The notes below the pieces were generated by a model. That model saw only the letters and a program-made list of their open reading frames with translations, was not told where the DNA came from and searched no databases. Position numbers and translations under genes: made by a program. A stretch of DNA of 64,000 bases from Octopus vulgaris (Eukaryota): positions 12,772,001 through 12,836,000 of the forward strand of contig OX597839.1 in assembly GCA_951406725.2 (NCBI GenBank), in the 5' to 3' direction. Shown here one piece after another: positions 16,886 through 30,732 of this stretch. Position 1 is the stretch's first letter. Every line of letters begins with the position of its first letter.

Positions 16886-17023
16886 CATACATATATACAT
16901 ATATATATACATATATACATACATATATACATACATATATACATATATACATATATATATACATATATACATACATATATGTATATATATATATGTATAT
17001 ATATATATATGTATGTATATATG

Positions 17024-17055
<32 letters not shown>

Positions 17056-17056
17056 T
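16461..17056. repeat. Compound (TA)n microsatellite
   Basis: Direct read. Confidence 0.95.
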
Positions 17057-17812
17057 CATCATCATCGTCATCATCATTTAACGTCCGCTTTCCATGCTAG
17101 CATGGGTTGGACGGTTCAACTGGGGTCTGGGAGCCCGAAAGCTGCACCAGTCCAGTCAGATCTAGCAGTGTTTCTACAGCTGGATGCCCTTCCTAACGCC
17201 AACCACTCCGAGAGTGTAGTGGGTGATTTTATGTGCCACCGACGCAGGTGCCAGACGAGGCTGGCAAACGGCCACGCTCGGATGGTGTTTTTTATGTGCC
17301 ACCGACACAGGTGCCAGACGAGGCTGGCAGACGGCCACGCTCGGATGGTGTTTTTATGTGCCACCGACACAGGTGCCAGATGAGGCTGGCAAACGGCCAC
17401 GATCGGATGGTGCTTGTTACGTGCCCACAGCACGGAGGCCAGTCGACGCGGTCCTGGCTACGGCCACGTTCGGATGGTTTTCTTGTGTGCCGCGTGCCAC
17501 CAGCACTGGTACCACAAAGATACAAATTCCATTGATGTTCATCTATTTTGATTTTCACTTGCCTCAACAGGTCTTCACAAGTGTCACAAGAAGGAAGGTA
17601 TGCACAGGTGGACTGACTACGTCCCAGGTAGGGGCCATGGGTTATGGCCTGACTAGTCTTGCCGGGTCTTCGGATGGTGTTTTTATGTGCCACCGACACA
17701 GGTGCTAGATGAGGCTGGCGAACGGCCACGATCGGATGGTGTTTGTCATGTGCCCACCGCACTGACTACAGCACTGATGGATTTCTTGTGTGCCACAGGC
17801 ACTGGTACCACA
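17057..17812 (-). mobile_element. RTE 3' UTR copy (same subfamily as 6204-8135)
   Basis: Near-identical to 6204-6840, includes the ORF stop region (ctagtcttgccggg), (GAT)n tail. Confidence 0.8.
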
Positions 17813-18080
17813 GTATATATAAATGCATGTGTGTGTTTGTCCCCACAAGATCACTTGACAACTGATGGTGGTGTGTTTACGCCACTGTGACTTAGTGGTT
17901 CAGCAAAAGAGACTGATAGAATAAATACTAATACAAAGACTAAGTCCTGGGGTCGATTTGCTCGACTACAGGCCAGCATGGCCACAGTCAAATATATATA
18001 TTCCCACGTGTATATCTGTATATATATTACACATACATACACATTCACACACACCTGCACTCCCATATATATTGTTTGTT

Positions 18081-18197
18081 TCAGTGCCTTTCATCCTTCC
18101 GGAGTCAATAAATTAAGTACCAGTTACGTACTGGGGTTGATCTAATCAACTGGCCCCCTCCCCCAAAATTTCGGGCCTTGTGCCTAGAGTAGAAAAG
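18081..18197 (+). mobile_element. SINE fragment with Nin-domain-like core
   Basis: gcctttcatccttccggagtcaataaattaagtaccagtt core; a related copy lies on the minus strand at 28105-28277. Confidence 0.55.
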
Positions 18198-18949
18198 TCT
18201 TTGTTCATTTGTTATAATAATAATGTTCGTCCTTCGGGTTCGAAGATGACCATTGACATCATTTGGTGGAATTGAATTACTGGTGGATTGAATTACACCC
18301 CTTCCCATTAAAAATGTAAAACTGAACAATTTATTAAGCAGACGACAACAAAATAAGTACCAGATGAATATAATGGAATTGATAAGATTGAGTAAAACCT
18401 TTGTAGGTGACTCAGCTGTAGAACAACAGTCCAATGACTAAAACCAATAAATGGACAATCATAATCATCATCAGCTATTGTTTACAATTTGTGCAAGCAT
18501 TGGGAAAAGGATAGATGCACCACGCATACTAACCCATCATCACTGTCTTTCTTAAATTCATCAGCACTAATCATACAACCATCGTTCATCAGGATTTTGA
18601 TGATGGTTTTGGAACAATGCCTCTGTGTGTGTGTGTGTGTGTGTGTATAAAGAGAGGGGGGGATGAAAATCTCTTGACTCAAAGATCAAAGATACCAAAA
18701 TCTAATCACAGTAGGATTGCCTAAAACTATACAGTTGTGAAGCAAACATCTCAACCATTCAGCCATGCCTGTGCTTATAACTGTGTGCTTCCAACCTTGT
18801 TTAGTTTCTGCAGTTACCCTCACCCCTACACATTGTATCAGTCAAATATGACACAACATACAATATATGCCAGGATATTGCTTCTAATATTACATGTTAC
18901 AACAGACACAGACATAGTCCCCTCTACACTTCATATAGTATCTCCTCTA

Positions 18950-19480
18950 CACTTCAACTTGTAACTCTCAAAATCTACTAAAAGAATCTGCCTCTCAAAG
19001 GCTGTCATCTACAGAGCCACCCTCATACCATCCGATGACATCACAAAACATTACCTGGAGAGGACAGCCAACAACTTTAAAGGAAAATACAGACAACAAA
19101 TCCTTCAGGTGTAGGACAGGTAAAACTTCATGTCCCTTTAGTCTTGTGTCATCTGGACAAATCCTTCAGGTGTAGGACAGGTAGGACTTCATGTCCCTTT
19201 AGTCTTGTGTCATCTAGAGGCACCAGGGCGATTGAAAAGACTTTCCGAACATCACATGGAGCCTTACCATACACACATGGAGCCATACTTGCCAACTCTA
19301 CCTCCATGAGAAACTAGACACACTTCACCAGCTCACAATATCCATTTATACGAAAAATGACTTCCTTATTGTTGTAAAAAAAAGCATATTTTGTGAATGA
19401 ACTTCAAACTTTTGTTCATTGATAACTCCAGACCTGGATGACCCCCACACAAGGGTAGATTATACAATTCATACAACCCT
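18950..19480 (+). pseudogene. Decayed Penelope-like element 3' end (GIY-YIG endonuclease remnant)
   Basis: Broken frames read CLSKAVIYRAT...KHYLERTANNFKGKY...SF and PYTHGA..CQLYLHEKL, resembling the VIY...YIG and CxLCLxEK motifs of Penelope-like endonucleases. An internal 61-bp duplication lies at about 19095-19215. Confidence 0.55.
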
Positions 19481-20580
19481 CACCTTGAGGGTATATTCTA
19501 GCATCTCATCACCACATTTTCTCTCATACGGGCATGTGTGTGCATGTGCATGCATATATGAGTGTGCATGTGTATGTGCTTTGTGTGTACATGTAGGTGC
19601 AGGCATGGCTGTATATGTACACATAAAATTTGCTTTACAACAATTATGTGCTTTTAGGTTTGATCCTACTGTACATACTTTACATAAGTCCTTTCTACTC
19701 TAGCTGCATACAGTAACTAGAATTTGAAATTTGAAAGACTTAAACAGTATAGAAGGCCATGATATCATCATCGTCATCATCGTCGTTTAACGTCCGTTCT
19801 CCATGCTAGCATGGGTTGGACGGTTCGACCGGGGTTCTGGGAAGCCAGAAGGCTGCACCAGGCTCCAGTCTAATCTGGCAATGTTTCTACAGCTGGATGC
19901 CCTTCCTAACGCCAACCACTCCGTGAGTGTAGTGGGTGCTTTTTACGTGCCACCTGCACAGGTGCCAGGCGGGGCTGGCAACGGCCACGGTCAGATTGGT
20001 GTATTTTATGTGCCACCGGCACGGAAGCCAGTCGAGGCGGTGCTGGCATCGGCCACGAGTCGGATAGTGCTTTTTACGTACCACCAGACCAGGGATCCTG
20101 GCTGGTTCAATTCGATTTCGATTTCGCTTGCCCCAACATATCCTCACAAGCAAAGGGGGTTGGCATGGGTGCCTGTCGTACGGTCGCATTGGAGTATTTT
20201 ACGTGCCACGGCCACGAGTTGGATAGTGCTTTTTACGTACCACCAGACCAGGGATCCTGGCTGGTTCAATTCGATTTCGCTTGCCCCAACATGTCTTCAG
20301 AAGCAAAGGGGGTTGGCATGGGTGCCTGTCGTACGGTCGCATTGGAGTATTTTACGTGCCACGGCCACGAGTTGGATAGTGCTTTTTACGTACCACCAGG
20401 CCAGGGATCCTGGCTGGTTCAATTCGGTTTCGATTTCGATTTTGCTTGCCCCAACATGTCTTCGCAAGCATGGGGGGTTGGCATGGGTGTCTGTCGTCGG
20501 ATGAGGTTCTATATCGACTTCGCTTGCCTCAACCGGTCTTTGTGTCCAAGGGAGGAAAGGCATTCATAAGTGGGCTGGGC

Positions 20581-23500
20581 TCACTTGTCCTGCCTGGTCT
20601 TCTCACGTACAGAATATTTCCAAAGGTCTCGGTCTCTGGTCATTTCCTCAGTGAGGCCTAAAGTTCGAAGGTCGTGCTTCACCACCTCGTCCCAGGTTTT
20701 CCTGGGTCTACCTCTTCCACGGGTTCCCTCAACTGCCAGGGATTGGCACTTTCTCACACACCTATCTTCATCCATTCTCGCCACATGACCATACCAGCGC
20801 AATCGTCTCTCTTGCACACCACAACTGATGCTTCTTAGGTACAACATTTCTCTCAAGGTGCTAACGCTCTGTCGAGTATGTACACTGACATTACACATCC
20901 ATCGGAGCATACTGGCTTCATTCCTCACGAGCTTACGCATGTCCTCAGCAGTCACGGCCCATGTTTCGCTGCCATGTAGCATGGCTGTTCGTACACACGC
21001 ATCATACAGTCTGCCTTTTACTCTGAGCGAGAGGCCTTTAGTCACCAGCAGAGGTAAGAGCTCCCTAAACTTTGCCCAGGCTATTCTTATTCTAGCAGTT
21101 ACACTTTCAGCGCACCCACCCCCACTACTGATTTGGTCACCTAGATAACGGAAGCTATCAACTACTTCTAGTTTTTCCCCCTGGAAAGTGACGGAAGTTG
21201 TTTTCTGCAGATTTTCGGAGGTTAATGCTCCCGAGCATCTGCCACATACAAAAACTATCTTCCCAGTTAGCCTACCTTTGACATTGCTGCACCTCTTATG
21301 TGTCCATAGCTTACACTGGGTACATCTTATAGAGTTTCTACCTACACCTTTTCTACAGATCGAGCAGGGCCATCTTCCTGAAGATATTTGTGGATTGTCT
21401 ACCTTTCTACTTATTAGTACTTTGGTTTTAGCTAGGTTGACTCTAAGGCCCCTTGATTCTAAACCCTCCTTCCACACCTGGAACTTCTCCTCCAGTTCTG
21501 ATAGTGACTCAGCAATAAGAGCAAGGTCGTCAGCGTAGAGGAGCTCCCAGGGACAGCCTGTCTTGAATTCCTCCGTAATTGCCTGGAGTACTATGATAAA
21601 TAGGAGGGGGCTGAGTACTGAACCCTGGTGGACCCCAACCTCTACTTTGAATTCTTCTGTGTACATGTTGCCAACCCTAACCTTACTTACGGCATCTCTG
21701 TACATGGCTTGCACAGTCCTCACCAGCCATTCATCTTATCCCTAGTTTCCTCATTGACCACCAGATAAGGGATCGGGGGACCCTATCAAAAGCTTTCTCC
21801 ATGTCAACGAAAGCCAGGTACAGGGGCTTATCTTTGGCTAGGTATTTCTCCTGCAGCTGCCTTACCAGGAATATAGCATCAGTGGTACTTTTCCCTGGCA
21901 CGAACCCAAACTGCATCTCATCTAAACTAACTCTCTCTCTAATTAGTTGGGCTATGACCCTCTCCGTAACCTTCATTACTTGATCCAACAGCTTGATACC
22001 TCTGTAATTATTTGTATCTAGGGCATCACTTTTACCTTTGTAGCAGTTGACTAGTATGCTGCTGCACCAGTCATTGGGTATGACTCCTTCGTGTATCACC
22101 TGGTTGACTATACGGGTGACTAGGTTATAGCCGACACTGCCAGATATTTTGAGCATCTCTGCAGTAATTCCTGATGGGCCTGGGGCTTTCCCTGTCTTCA
22201 TGCTTCTAATTGCCTTAGCTACCACGGAACTATCAACTCGGATAGCTGGTCCCTCTGTAGGGTCAACATTCGGCAGACTCTCTTTATCCCATTCATTTTC
22301 CTCATTCAGTAACCTTTCATAGTGGCGTCTCCAAGCTTCTCTCTTTGCATCCTCATTTAGCGCAAGTGAACCATCCTCCATGCGAACACATTTCTCTCCT
22401 ACCACATCACGATTCTCTCTCACACACTGTCTTGCAACACGAAATACCTCAAGTCTTTCATCCTCACGGCGCAGGACATTGGCAAATTTTCTCTTATCTG
22501 CTTCCCCTCTGGCTAGATAGACCTGTCTCCTAGCTTCCCTTCTGGCAGTCTGATACTCTTCCCTGCTACCACCGTTCTTCCAGGCCTTCCAAGCCTGTTT
22601 CTTTTGTCTAATAGCCCTGTCAACAATATTGTTCCACCACCACGTTATTTTGGGTCTTAAGGGGACTTTGCACCAGCCACAGATCTGGTCAGCGGCTTTC
22701 AGCAGGTTGTCCCTCAGAAACGTCCAGTTGTCTTCTACCCCATGTGTAGCTATACCCCCTTCCACTTCGTCAAAGGCTTCAAGTAACATATCTCTAAATC
22801 TCTGTCCATTCGCAGGGGCTTTAAGCTTCCAGACCCTTCTTCTCCATGTTGGTCGTCTTCTAGTCGCCCTCTTAGTCCTGATCCTAAAGTCACTAACTAC
22901 CAGTCTATGTTGTGGGGTGCATTCTTCGCCTGGGAAGGTTTTGGCATTTATAAGCAGCCATCTTTCCCTTTTTCTGGCAAGGATGTAGTCGATTTGGCTA
23001 GTATGCCGGCCCGATCGGTAGGTGACCAGGTGGCTTGTTGGTTTCCTGAAGTTAGTGTTGCAGACCATAAGACTATTCGCATCGCAGAACTCCAGCAGCC
23101 TGGTTCCCTCCTCGTTGCGGGAACCATAACCGTAGCCTCCATGTACGCCATGGAAGCCCCCAGCATGTCGTCCAACATGCCCATTGAAATCACCAGCCAC
23201 AAAGAGAAGGTCCCTGTCGTTCGTCGATGAGGTGGTCTGCAGTAGGGTGTCATAGAAACTGTCTTTCTGTCCATCGGGTAGCCCTGGCTGAGGGGCATAG
23301 GCCGATATAATGGTTGCTAATCTATTATGAAGCACTATTCTAATCTTAAGTATTCTGTCACTTACTCTGATTACCTCAATTACTCTATCTATCCATTTCT
23401 CAGCGATAAGTATACCCACGCCACCAACCCCGTCAGTGTTCCCTGCCCAGAAAATCTTGTACCTGTGTTCCTTGCCTGTGAGGACCCTAGCAGATCCTCC

Positions 23501-23704
23501 TCTCCACCTTATTTCTTGCATACAACATACATCAACACGTCTCCGTTCAAGCATCTCGACTATCTCGCCAGACCTACCTTTCAATGTGCCAACGTTGAGG
23601 GTGCCCACCCTGAGGGTGTGGGAGGTGTGGGCCTCTGAGACCCTGGGATGAGGGACAGCAGTGTTATATACCTGAAAAGAAAGCTTGCATTTGCCAGATA
23701 TCAT
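20581..23704 (-). CDS. RTE endonuclease/reverse transcriptase (frameshift near 21735)
   Basis: Complete APE and RT motifs with intact YADD, plus a C4HC3 finger after the RT palm. Confidence 0.85.
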
Positions 23705-23867
23705 ACTGAGACTCTAGACTACAACCTGCATAAATTTCACAGGTTTTGCGCTATATGATCACAATAAACCCTACATAGGGGTGCGGGGGGGGGGGGTCAA
23801 GAAAGATAGAAAACAGAAACTTCCGGTTCTGGTGGATGGGTGGGATGGAGGGCGGGCGGGGTCACCT

Positions 23868-24490
23868 CGAAGGAACAACAGGTTTTAAGTTAATACGTAG
23901 GGAATTTTCTGCAACAGAAATTACTGAACATCTAGGAACTTCAGGGTTCGAGAAGAACGTAATATAAATAAGAGAGAGAGAAAAAATTTCGTAGGGAATT
24001 TAGGGTATCTTTGGGGAAAGGAATAACGACGAAGGAACAACAGGTTTTAAGTTAATACGTAGGGAATTTTCTGCAACTGAAATTACTGAACATCTAGGAA
24101 CTTCGGGGTTCGAGAAGAACGTAATATAAATAAGAGAGAGAGAAAAAATTTCGTAGGGAATTTAGGGTATCTTTGGGGAAAGGAATAACGACGAAGGAAC
24201 AACAGGTTTTAAGTTAATACGTAGGGAATTTTCTGCAACAGAAATTACTGAACATCTAGGAACTTCGGGGTTCGAGAAGAACGTAATATAAATAAGAGAG
24301 AGAGAAAATATTTCGTAGGGAATTTAGGGTATCTTTGGGGAAAGGAATAACGACGAAGGAACAACAGGTTTTAAGTTAATACGTAGGGAATTTTCTGCGA
24401 CAGAAATTACTGAACATCTAGAAACTTCGGGGTTCGAGTAAAACATAATATAAATAGGAGAGAGAGAGAATATTGTAGTGAATTCTGGGG
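23868..24490. repeat. 162-bp tandem repeat, about 3.8 copies, at the RTE 5' end
   Basis: gaaggaacaacaggttttaag recurs at 23869, 24031, 24193 and 24355. Confidence 0.9.
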
Positions 24491-24528
24491 ATGGAATAAT
24501 AACAGGATGACACTGAAATTAAAGGAGG

Positions 24529-25403
<875 letters not shown>

Positions 25404-25404
<1 letters not shown>

Positions 25405-25791
25405 CTAGCAGTATCGCCCGGCGTTGCTCAGGTTTGTAAGGGAAATAACTATAAAGCATTTTTAGAGAGTTATAGCCAAAAAATAGCAAAAAATGGGAAA
25501 AAAATGATGGTAAATTTTTTTTTGAGAGTTAAAAAAGGATGGAGTTGCGTCCCCTAGACAGTTTGTGGTTCATGTTTCTGATTCTGGACCCCATGTCGAA
25601 TTTATCGATTCTTTTCAGAACTGGGGGAACTTTTCAAAATTTTGGGTGCGTTAGTTTTGAATTATGACATTGGGCTATATGTGTGTCAAGTTTCATCAGA
25701 ATCGGTTGAAAGCCGTGGTCAGGGTGAGGGTACAAGCAAACAGACACACAGAAACACGCAGAGACAAACTGCCGTTTATATATAGAGAGAT
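25404..25791 (+). mobile_element. Non-autonomous Helitron-like element (Lep1-like termini)
   Basis: Starts actagcagtatcgcccggcgttgctc and ends aagtttcatcagaatcgg...acagac...tttatatatagagagat. Second copy at 52973-53359. Confidence 0.55.
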
Positions 25792-25910
25792 ATACATATA
25801 TATATATATACATACATATATATATATATACATATATATCTATATACACATATATATATACATATATATATATACATACATATATATATATACATATATA
25901 CATATATATC

Positions 25911-25974
<64 letters not shown>

Positions 25975-25980
25975 CATATA

Positions 25981-26270
25981 AAATTTAAAGGACTGACCAC
26001 TAAAAGTGGACGGTCAATATGCTAGATATAGACGTCAAAATCTCTATTTTCCACGAAGAATGTGTTCTCAAATAAAAACTCAGCACAACCCAAAGTGTAA
26101 AAAATAAGCAAGAGAAGTGAAAATATATATATATAAGAAAATAGTTGACAATAGAATAAATTATTATCTTTTGAACCTCACTAGCTTACAGGTGTTTTCA
26201 CTATAAGATGTGGTGGACTCATATTTGAGTGCTTCTGTAATACCCTTCAGCTTCATCAGAGCTTGGAACA
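25981..26270 (-). mobile_element. Older relative of family E with a degenerate hammerhead (26183-26263)
   Basis: Shares aaggactga..cac..aaagtggac.gtcaa.atgctagatatagacgtcaaa with 51308. Minus strand reads agct-CTGATGA...GAAAAC-acct-GTA-agct. Duplicate at about 53551-53840. Confidence 0.6.
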
Positions 26271-26459
26271 TGAACTGCTTTTTGTTTGGGAAGACAAATA
26301 CATTTAAGCATATTTGGAGGAAAGTATTACTGATGTGGATGCATATGTAGTTCATTTTAAGATGTTTTTCGTCTCTTCTCTCTCTAGGTAACTTCATTTC
26401 CTCCTCACTTGTTCCTGTAACTCTTTTTCTTTCTCCTATTGTATAATATGCACACTTAA

Positions 26460-26680
26460 CCCTTTTGTTACCAACCTGGCCAAAACCGCCTCTGGCTCTG
26501 TAGTACAAATGTCTTGTTTTCCTAAGTTTTGAATTAAAATCTTCCACCAAACCTTAGTCACAATTTATGTTCCTAACACTAGCTTAATGGTAACTAAGTT
26601 ATTTTATTAAATTCTTTGTTATATTTAAAATAATTGAAAGAAACACAGAGCATCTCAACAGAAATATGGTAACAAAAGGG
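26460..26680. mobile_element. piggyBac-type MITE
   Basis: TTAA target sites (26456-26459, 26681-26684) and cccttttgttacca/tggtaacaaaaggg terminal inverted repeats. Duplicate at 54030-54250. Confidence 0.85.
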
Positions 26681-26753
26681 TTAAATATATACATTCATGT
26701 TTGTGGAATCAACTCATAATAGATATTTTGTTCATCTTTCATTTTTATTCCAG

Positions 26754-27232
26754 AGAAGATGAAACTGATGCTGTACCATTAAACAATTCTGAAACCAATA
26801 CAGAGCCTGTATGCTTTGAAACGTCCATCAGTAACTCTGATACATTACCTAGTCTTAGTGAAACTCCAGAAACTAAAGCAGTGCCCATAATTAATGAAAA
26901 TGACAGAAATGATGACGATTCAATACCCAAGCCTACAAAAGAAAGCCACAATAAAATAAGGGCAATACCCAAATCTAATGAAGATAGCGACAGTAAAACT
27001 GATGCAGTACCTCAACCTTGTGATTATCCTAGCAAGAATACTCCTGCCATGTTGGTCCGTGAAGGAACTCGTAGCTATAATATGCAAGCAACACTCCTTC
27101 CCAGAGAGGATCCCAGAAAAGAATTTGACCCAAGATGCCATAAAGATGATCTATTTCACAACCAGCCAGACTCCTCTTATAATGATCCTCATTCAGAAGG
27201 AGCAAAAGCTCTAAACATGTTTTCACAATGCT
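26754..27232 (+). CDS. Exon 2: acidic region with periodic IBM-like motifs
   Basis: Pyrimidine tract plus cag acceptor at 26753; open frame EDETDAVPL...ETKAVPI...KIRAIPK...KTDAVPQ. Confidence 0.7.
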
Positions 27233-29586
27233 GTATGCTCCAATCTTTTTTATATTTCCTTAGATAAATTCATCATCATTACTTTGCATTGCTTCCCTAT
27301 CATAATTTCTTAATTATCATTACTTATTATGCTGTCATCATTACTTTTCCATCGCTTATTTATCATCATTACTCTCTTATTATTATTTACAAATATTCTT
27401 TGTAATCATTACTTTCCCGTTATTACTTCATCATCATTACTTCTCCATCAGTCTTTGTCAATCATTACTTTGTCATCATTGCTATTTTTACTTTGTTAGC
27501 AACACTTCGTCATTATTATTTTGTTATCCTTACTGTTTCATCCTGAATTACCTACATCATCTACATCATCGCTTTGTTTTCCCTTTGTCATAATTCATCA
27601 TCATCTGATTTGGAAACTTACTTGTACCAATACAACTCTCCCATTCCAAGTATCCCGAATAAGCCATATGGCATGCACATCTGGCCTGGGTTTTAATCAC
27701 CTTGGTCTTTCATGAGCTAAAATATCTCACTTGCACTTGCCACAACTACAGATAAAAGCAGTATTTTGCTAACAAGACAATCCTGATCATTAACACTTTG
27801 TTGTTTGTTCATTCACTCAGCATCTAGTGGCATTTGTCACTGATTCAAGAAATTAGTTTGCCAAAATAATTCACATTCACCATGCTGCATCCCATAACTT
27901 CAGTGTACCCTGGCTCAGGTAGTTTCATGCTATTTAGGCCTTATCTGGGACTCTGACAGGTGCTACTACTCAGGCCAAAGTAGACCTGGGAACAACAAAC
28001 AGTGGCTAACAGAGGTGGTTCCACATTCCTCAAAACCCTGGTGGTCCTGAACTACTGGATGGGGTTTCACTCTTTAGCATTTAAACTGGCCATATCTAAC
28101 TCAAATATTCTTATTTCTTTATTGCCCTCAAGGGGCTAAACATAGAGGGGACAAACAAGGACAGACAAAGGAATTAAGTCGATTATATCAACCCCAGTGC
28201 GTAACTGGTACTTAATTTATCGGCCTCGAAAGGATGAAAGGCAAAGTCGACCTCGGCGGAATTTGAACTCAGAACATAACCAGTCTGCCAAATGAAGCAC
28301 TAGCTCTGCTCATTCTGTATGTGATTTCCTGGTCCAGTCATGCATTATCTGAGATGGTACTGCCTAGGTATTTGAATGCTTTGCATTGGGCCAGCCTTTC
28401 ATATCTAATAGTGATGTTTTCTTCTGTTACAGGCACATGTAGGTTCTCCACAGGTTGGTAAAGGCATTTGGTTTTTCTAATGTTAATCTTTAAGCTGAAT
28501 TTTTGTGCAGCTCTAGCAAAGTTACCTACCAGATTCTGCATATCTTCAGCACTGTAGGCAACTGGTGCACTATCATCAGCATCTTTTGCAATAGGGCCTT
28601 TATAATGCATGTCTTTGCTTTATATTGTGCAGCCTTGAACAGATCAACATCATGCCACATCTAGATGTAAGCCCCACTCCAACTTCCTTAAAGGCAACTT
28701 CCAACACTGCTGTGAGATAGAGGGAGAACAGTGCTGGAGCAAGTATGCACCCCTGACTAACTTCATTTATCACTGCAACCTCACTTGAGGTATTACTATT
28801 TTGTACTATAAATGCTTGCATTCCTTCGTGTAGGACTGATACTGTGTCAAAAGCCATTGTGACATCTATGAAAACTACATACATAGGCATATTCAGCTCA
28901 ATGCATTTTTCCTGAATTTTGCATAGACAGAAGATCATATCCACAGTGCTTCTGCAATGGAAGCCACACTGAGTCTCAGGTAAGACAGATATACTCATTT
29001 AGTCTGTTTAATAGAATATGAGCCAAGATCTTCCCAGCTATTGATAGAAGAGATATTCCTCAGTAGTTTCCAGAGTTCACTTTACAACCTGTTTTGAAGA
29101 CAAGAATGATGCCTGTGTCTTTCCAGTCTTGTGGAACCGTTTCCGTCTTCCAGATCTGGAGCACAGTGCTATACAGGCTTTTAATAATCTCTACACCTCC
29201 ATGCTTCCAGATTTCAGTGGGTATTTACTTTCGTTCAGTTGTTTGATTACGTCATTGAATTGATTGTAAACAGGTTTGTCATCTAAGGATTGGATGATTA
29301 GCTGTTGCATAACCTTCTTGAGAGTGTCATAGTCCATTGATACTTGGGATATTAAGTAGGCTGTCAAAGTGACTGGCAAATCTATCAAGGATCTCCAGGT
29401 TTTCCTGGAATATCGTTTGGCCACCAAGACCTATGAGTTTTGTTGCGCCTCTACTCTGTGGCTCGCATACCATTCAAAGTCCTGAATAACATGTTTTCAT
29501 ATCATTTTTATCAGCATAATGCTGTAGCTCTTCAGGGTGTTTGTACTTAATCATTTAGATCACCTGTGAACTAAACCCCCATACTT

Positions 29587-29633
<47 letters not shown>

Positions 29634-30683
29634 AGTAAAGGGTAATGACCTCCTTCAGTCATGAATGACCATGGGATTGCACCTAGGTTCCCCTCTGAGG
29701 CACAAGTCTGGTCAAGTTTTTTTGTGGAAAACCAGCTGTCACCCATGCATACCAGCCCCCCTCTCCGCACCACTGATGTTGTCTAAGGGAAAGGTAATGA
29801 CTAATACAGCTTGGCACCAGTGATGTCACAACTCATTTCTACAGCTGAGTGAACTGGAGCAATGCGAAATAAAATGCTTTGCTCAAGAAAACAACACAGA
29901 GCCCGATTCAGGAATTGAAGTCATTACCTCATGATTGTGAACTTGATGCTCTAACCACTGGGCCATACATACACATGCACACAAACGGGCTTCTTTCAGA
30001 TTTTATCTATCAAATCTACTGAAAAGATTTTGGTTGACCTGGGGCTATATTAGGAGAGTCTTGTCCAAAGTACCTTGCACTGGGATTGAACTTGGGACTA
30101 TGTGGTTGAGAAGCAAACTTCTTAATACACAGCCATGCCTATGTATATATTATATTCTCAAAAATTTATGCTCTAATGCTAAGTTAGAATTTTATACATT
30201 TATTCTAGCAAATATTAATATTGGAATGAGCAATGTATTCATTGGTAACGCTAATGTCACAAATGTATACCCTTCAGAAGATATGAGGATAAATTGCATG
30301 AATCATAGGGAGAAATTCAGCAAATATTTCAGTAAGTAAACGCAGTTTCTCTTTGTTGATTTCATATTAATCTTTTATTTGTTTCAGTTATTAGACTGTT
30401 GCAATGCCGGGGCACTGCCTTGAGGGATTTTAGTCGAACTATTCGACCCCCAGCACTCATTTCCTTTTTAAACCTCTTTACTCTTTTACTTGTTTCAGTC
30501 ATTTGACTGTGGCCATGCTGGAGCACCACCTTTAGTCGAGCAAATTGACCCCAGGACTTATTCTTTGTAGGCCTAGTACTTATTCTATCAGTCTCTTTTG
30601 CCGAACCGCTAAGTTACAGGGACGCAAACACACCACCATCGGTTGTCAAGTGATGTTGGGGAGACAAACACAAACACATAAAT

Positions 30684-30732
<49 letters not shown>

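Larger units (their letters stand above)
19764..24490 (-). mobile_element. Near full-length RTE-clade LINE, one frameshift
   Basis: ORFs 23704-21731 (EN: TLNVGTL, QEIRW, AYAPQ, GDFNGHVG, QIDYIL; RT N-terminus) and 21723-20581 (GVHQGS, YADD, FRYLG) join across a 1-bp frameshift near 21735. Repetitive 3' UTR, (GAT)n tail and tandem 5' repeats. Confidence 0.93.

Noticed and set aside
26164-26550. 128-aa minus-strand ORF conserved in both duplication copies
   Set aside because: It spans a piggyBac MITE and a ribozyme-element remnant; identity reflects the recent duplication.
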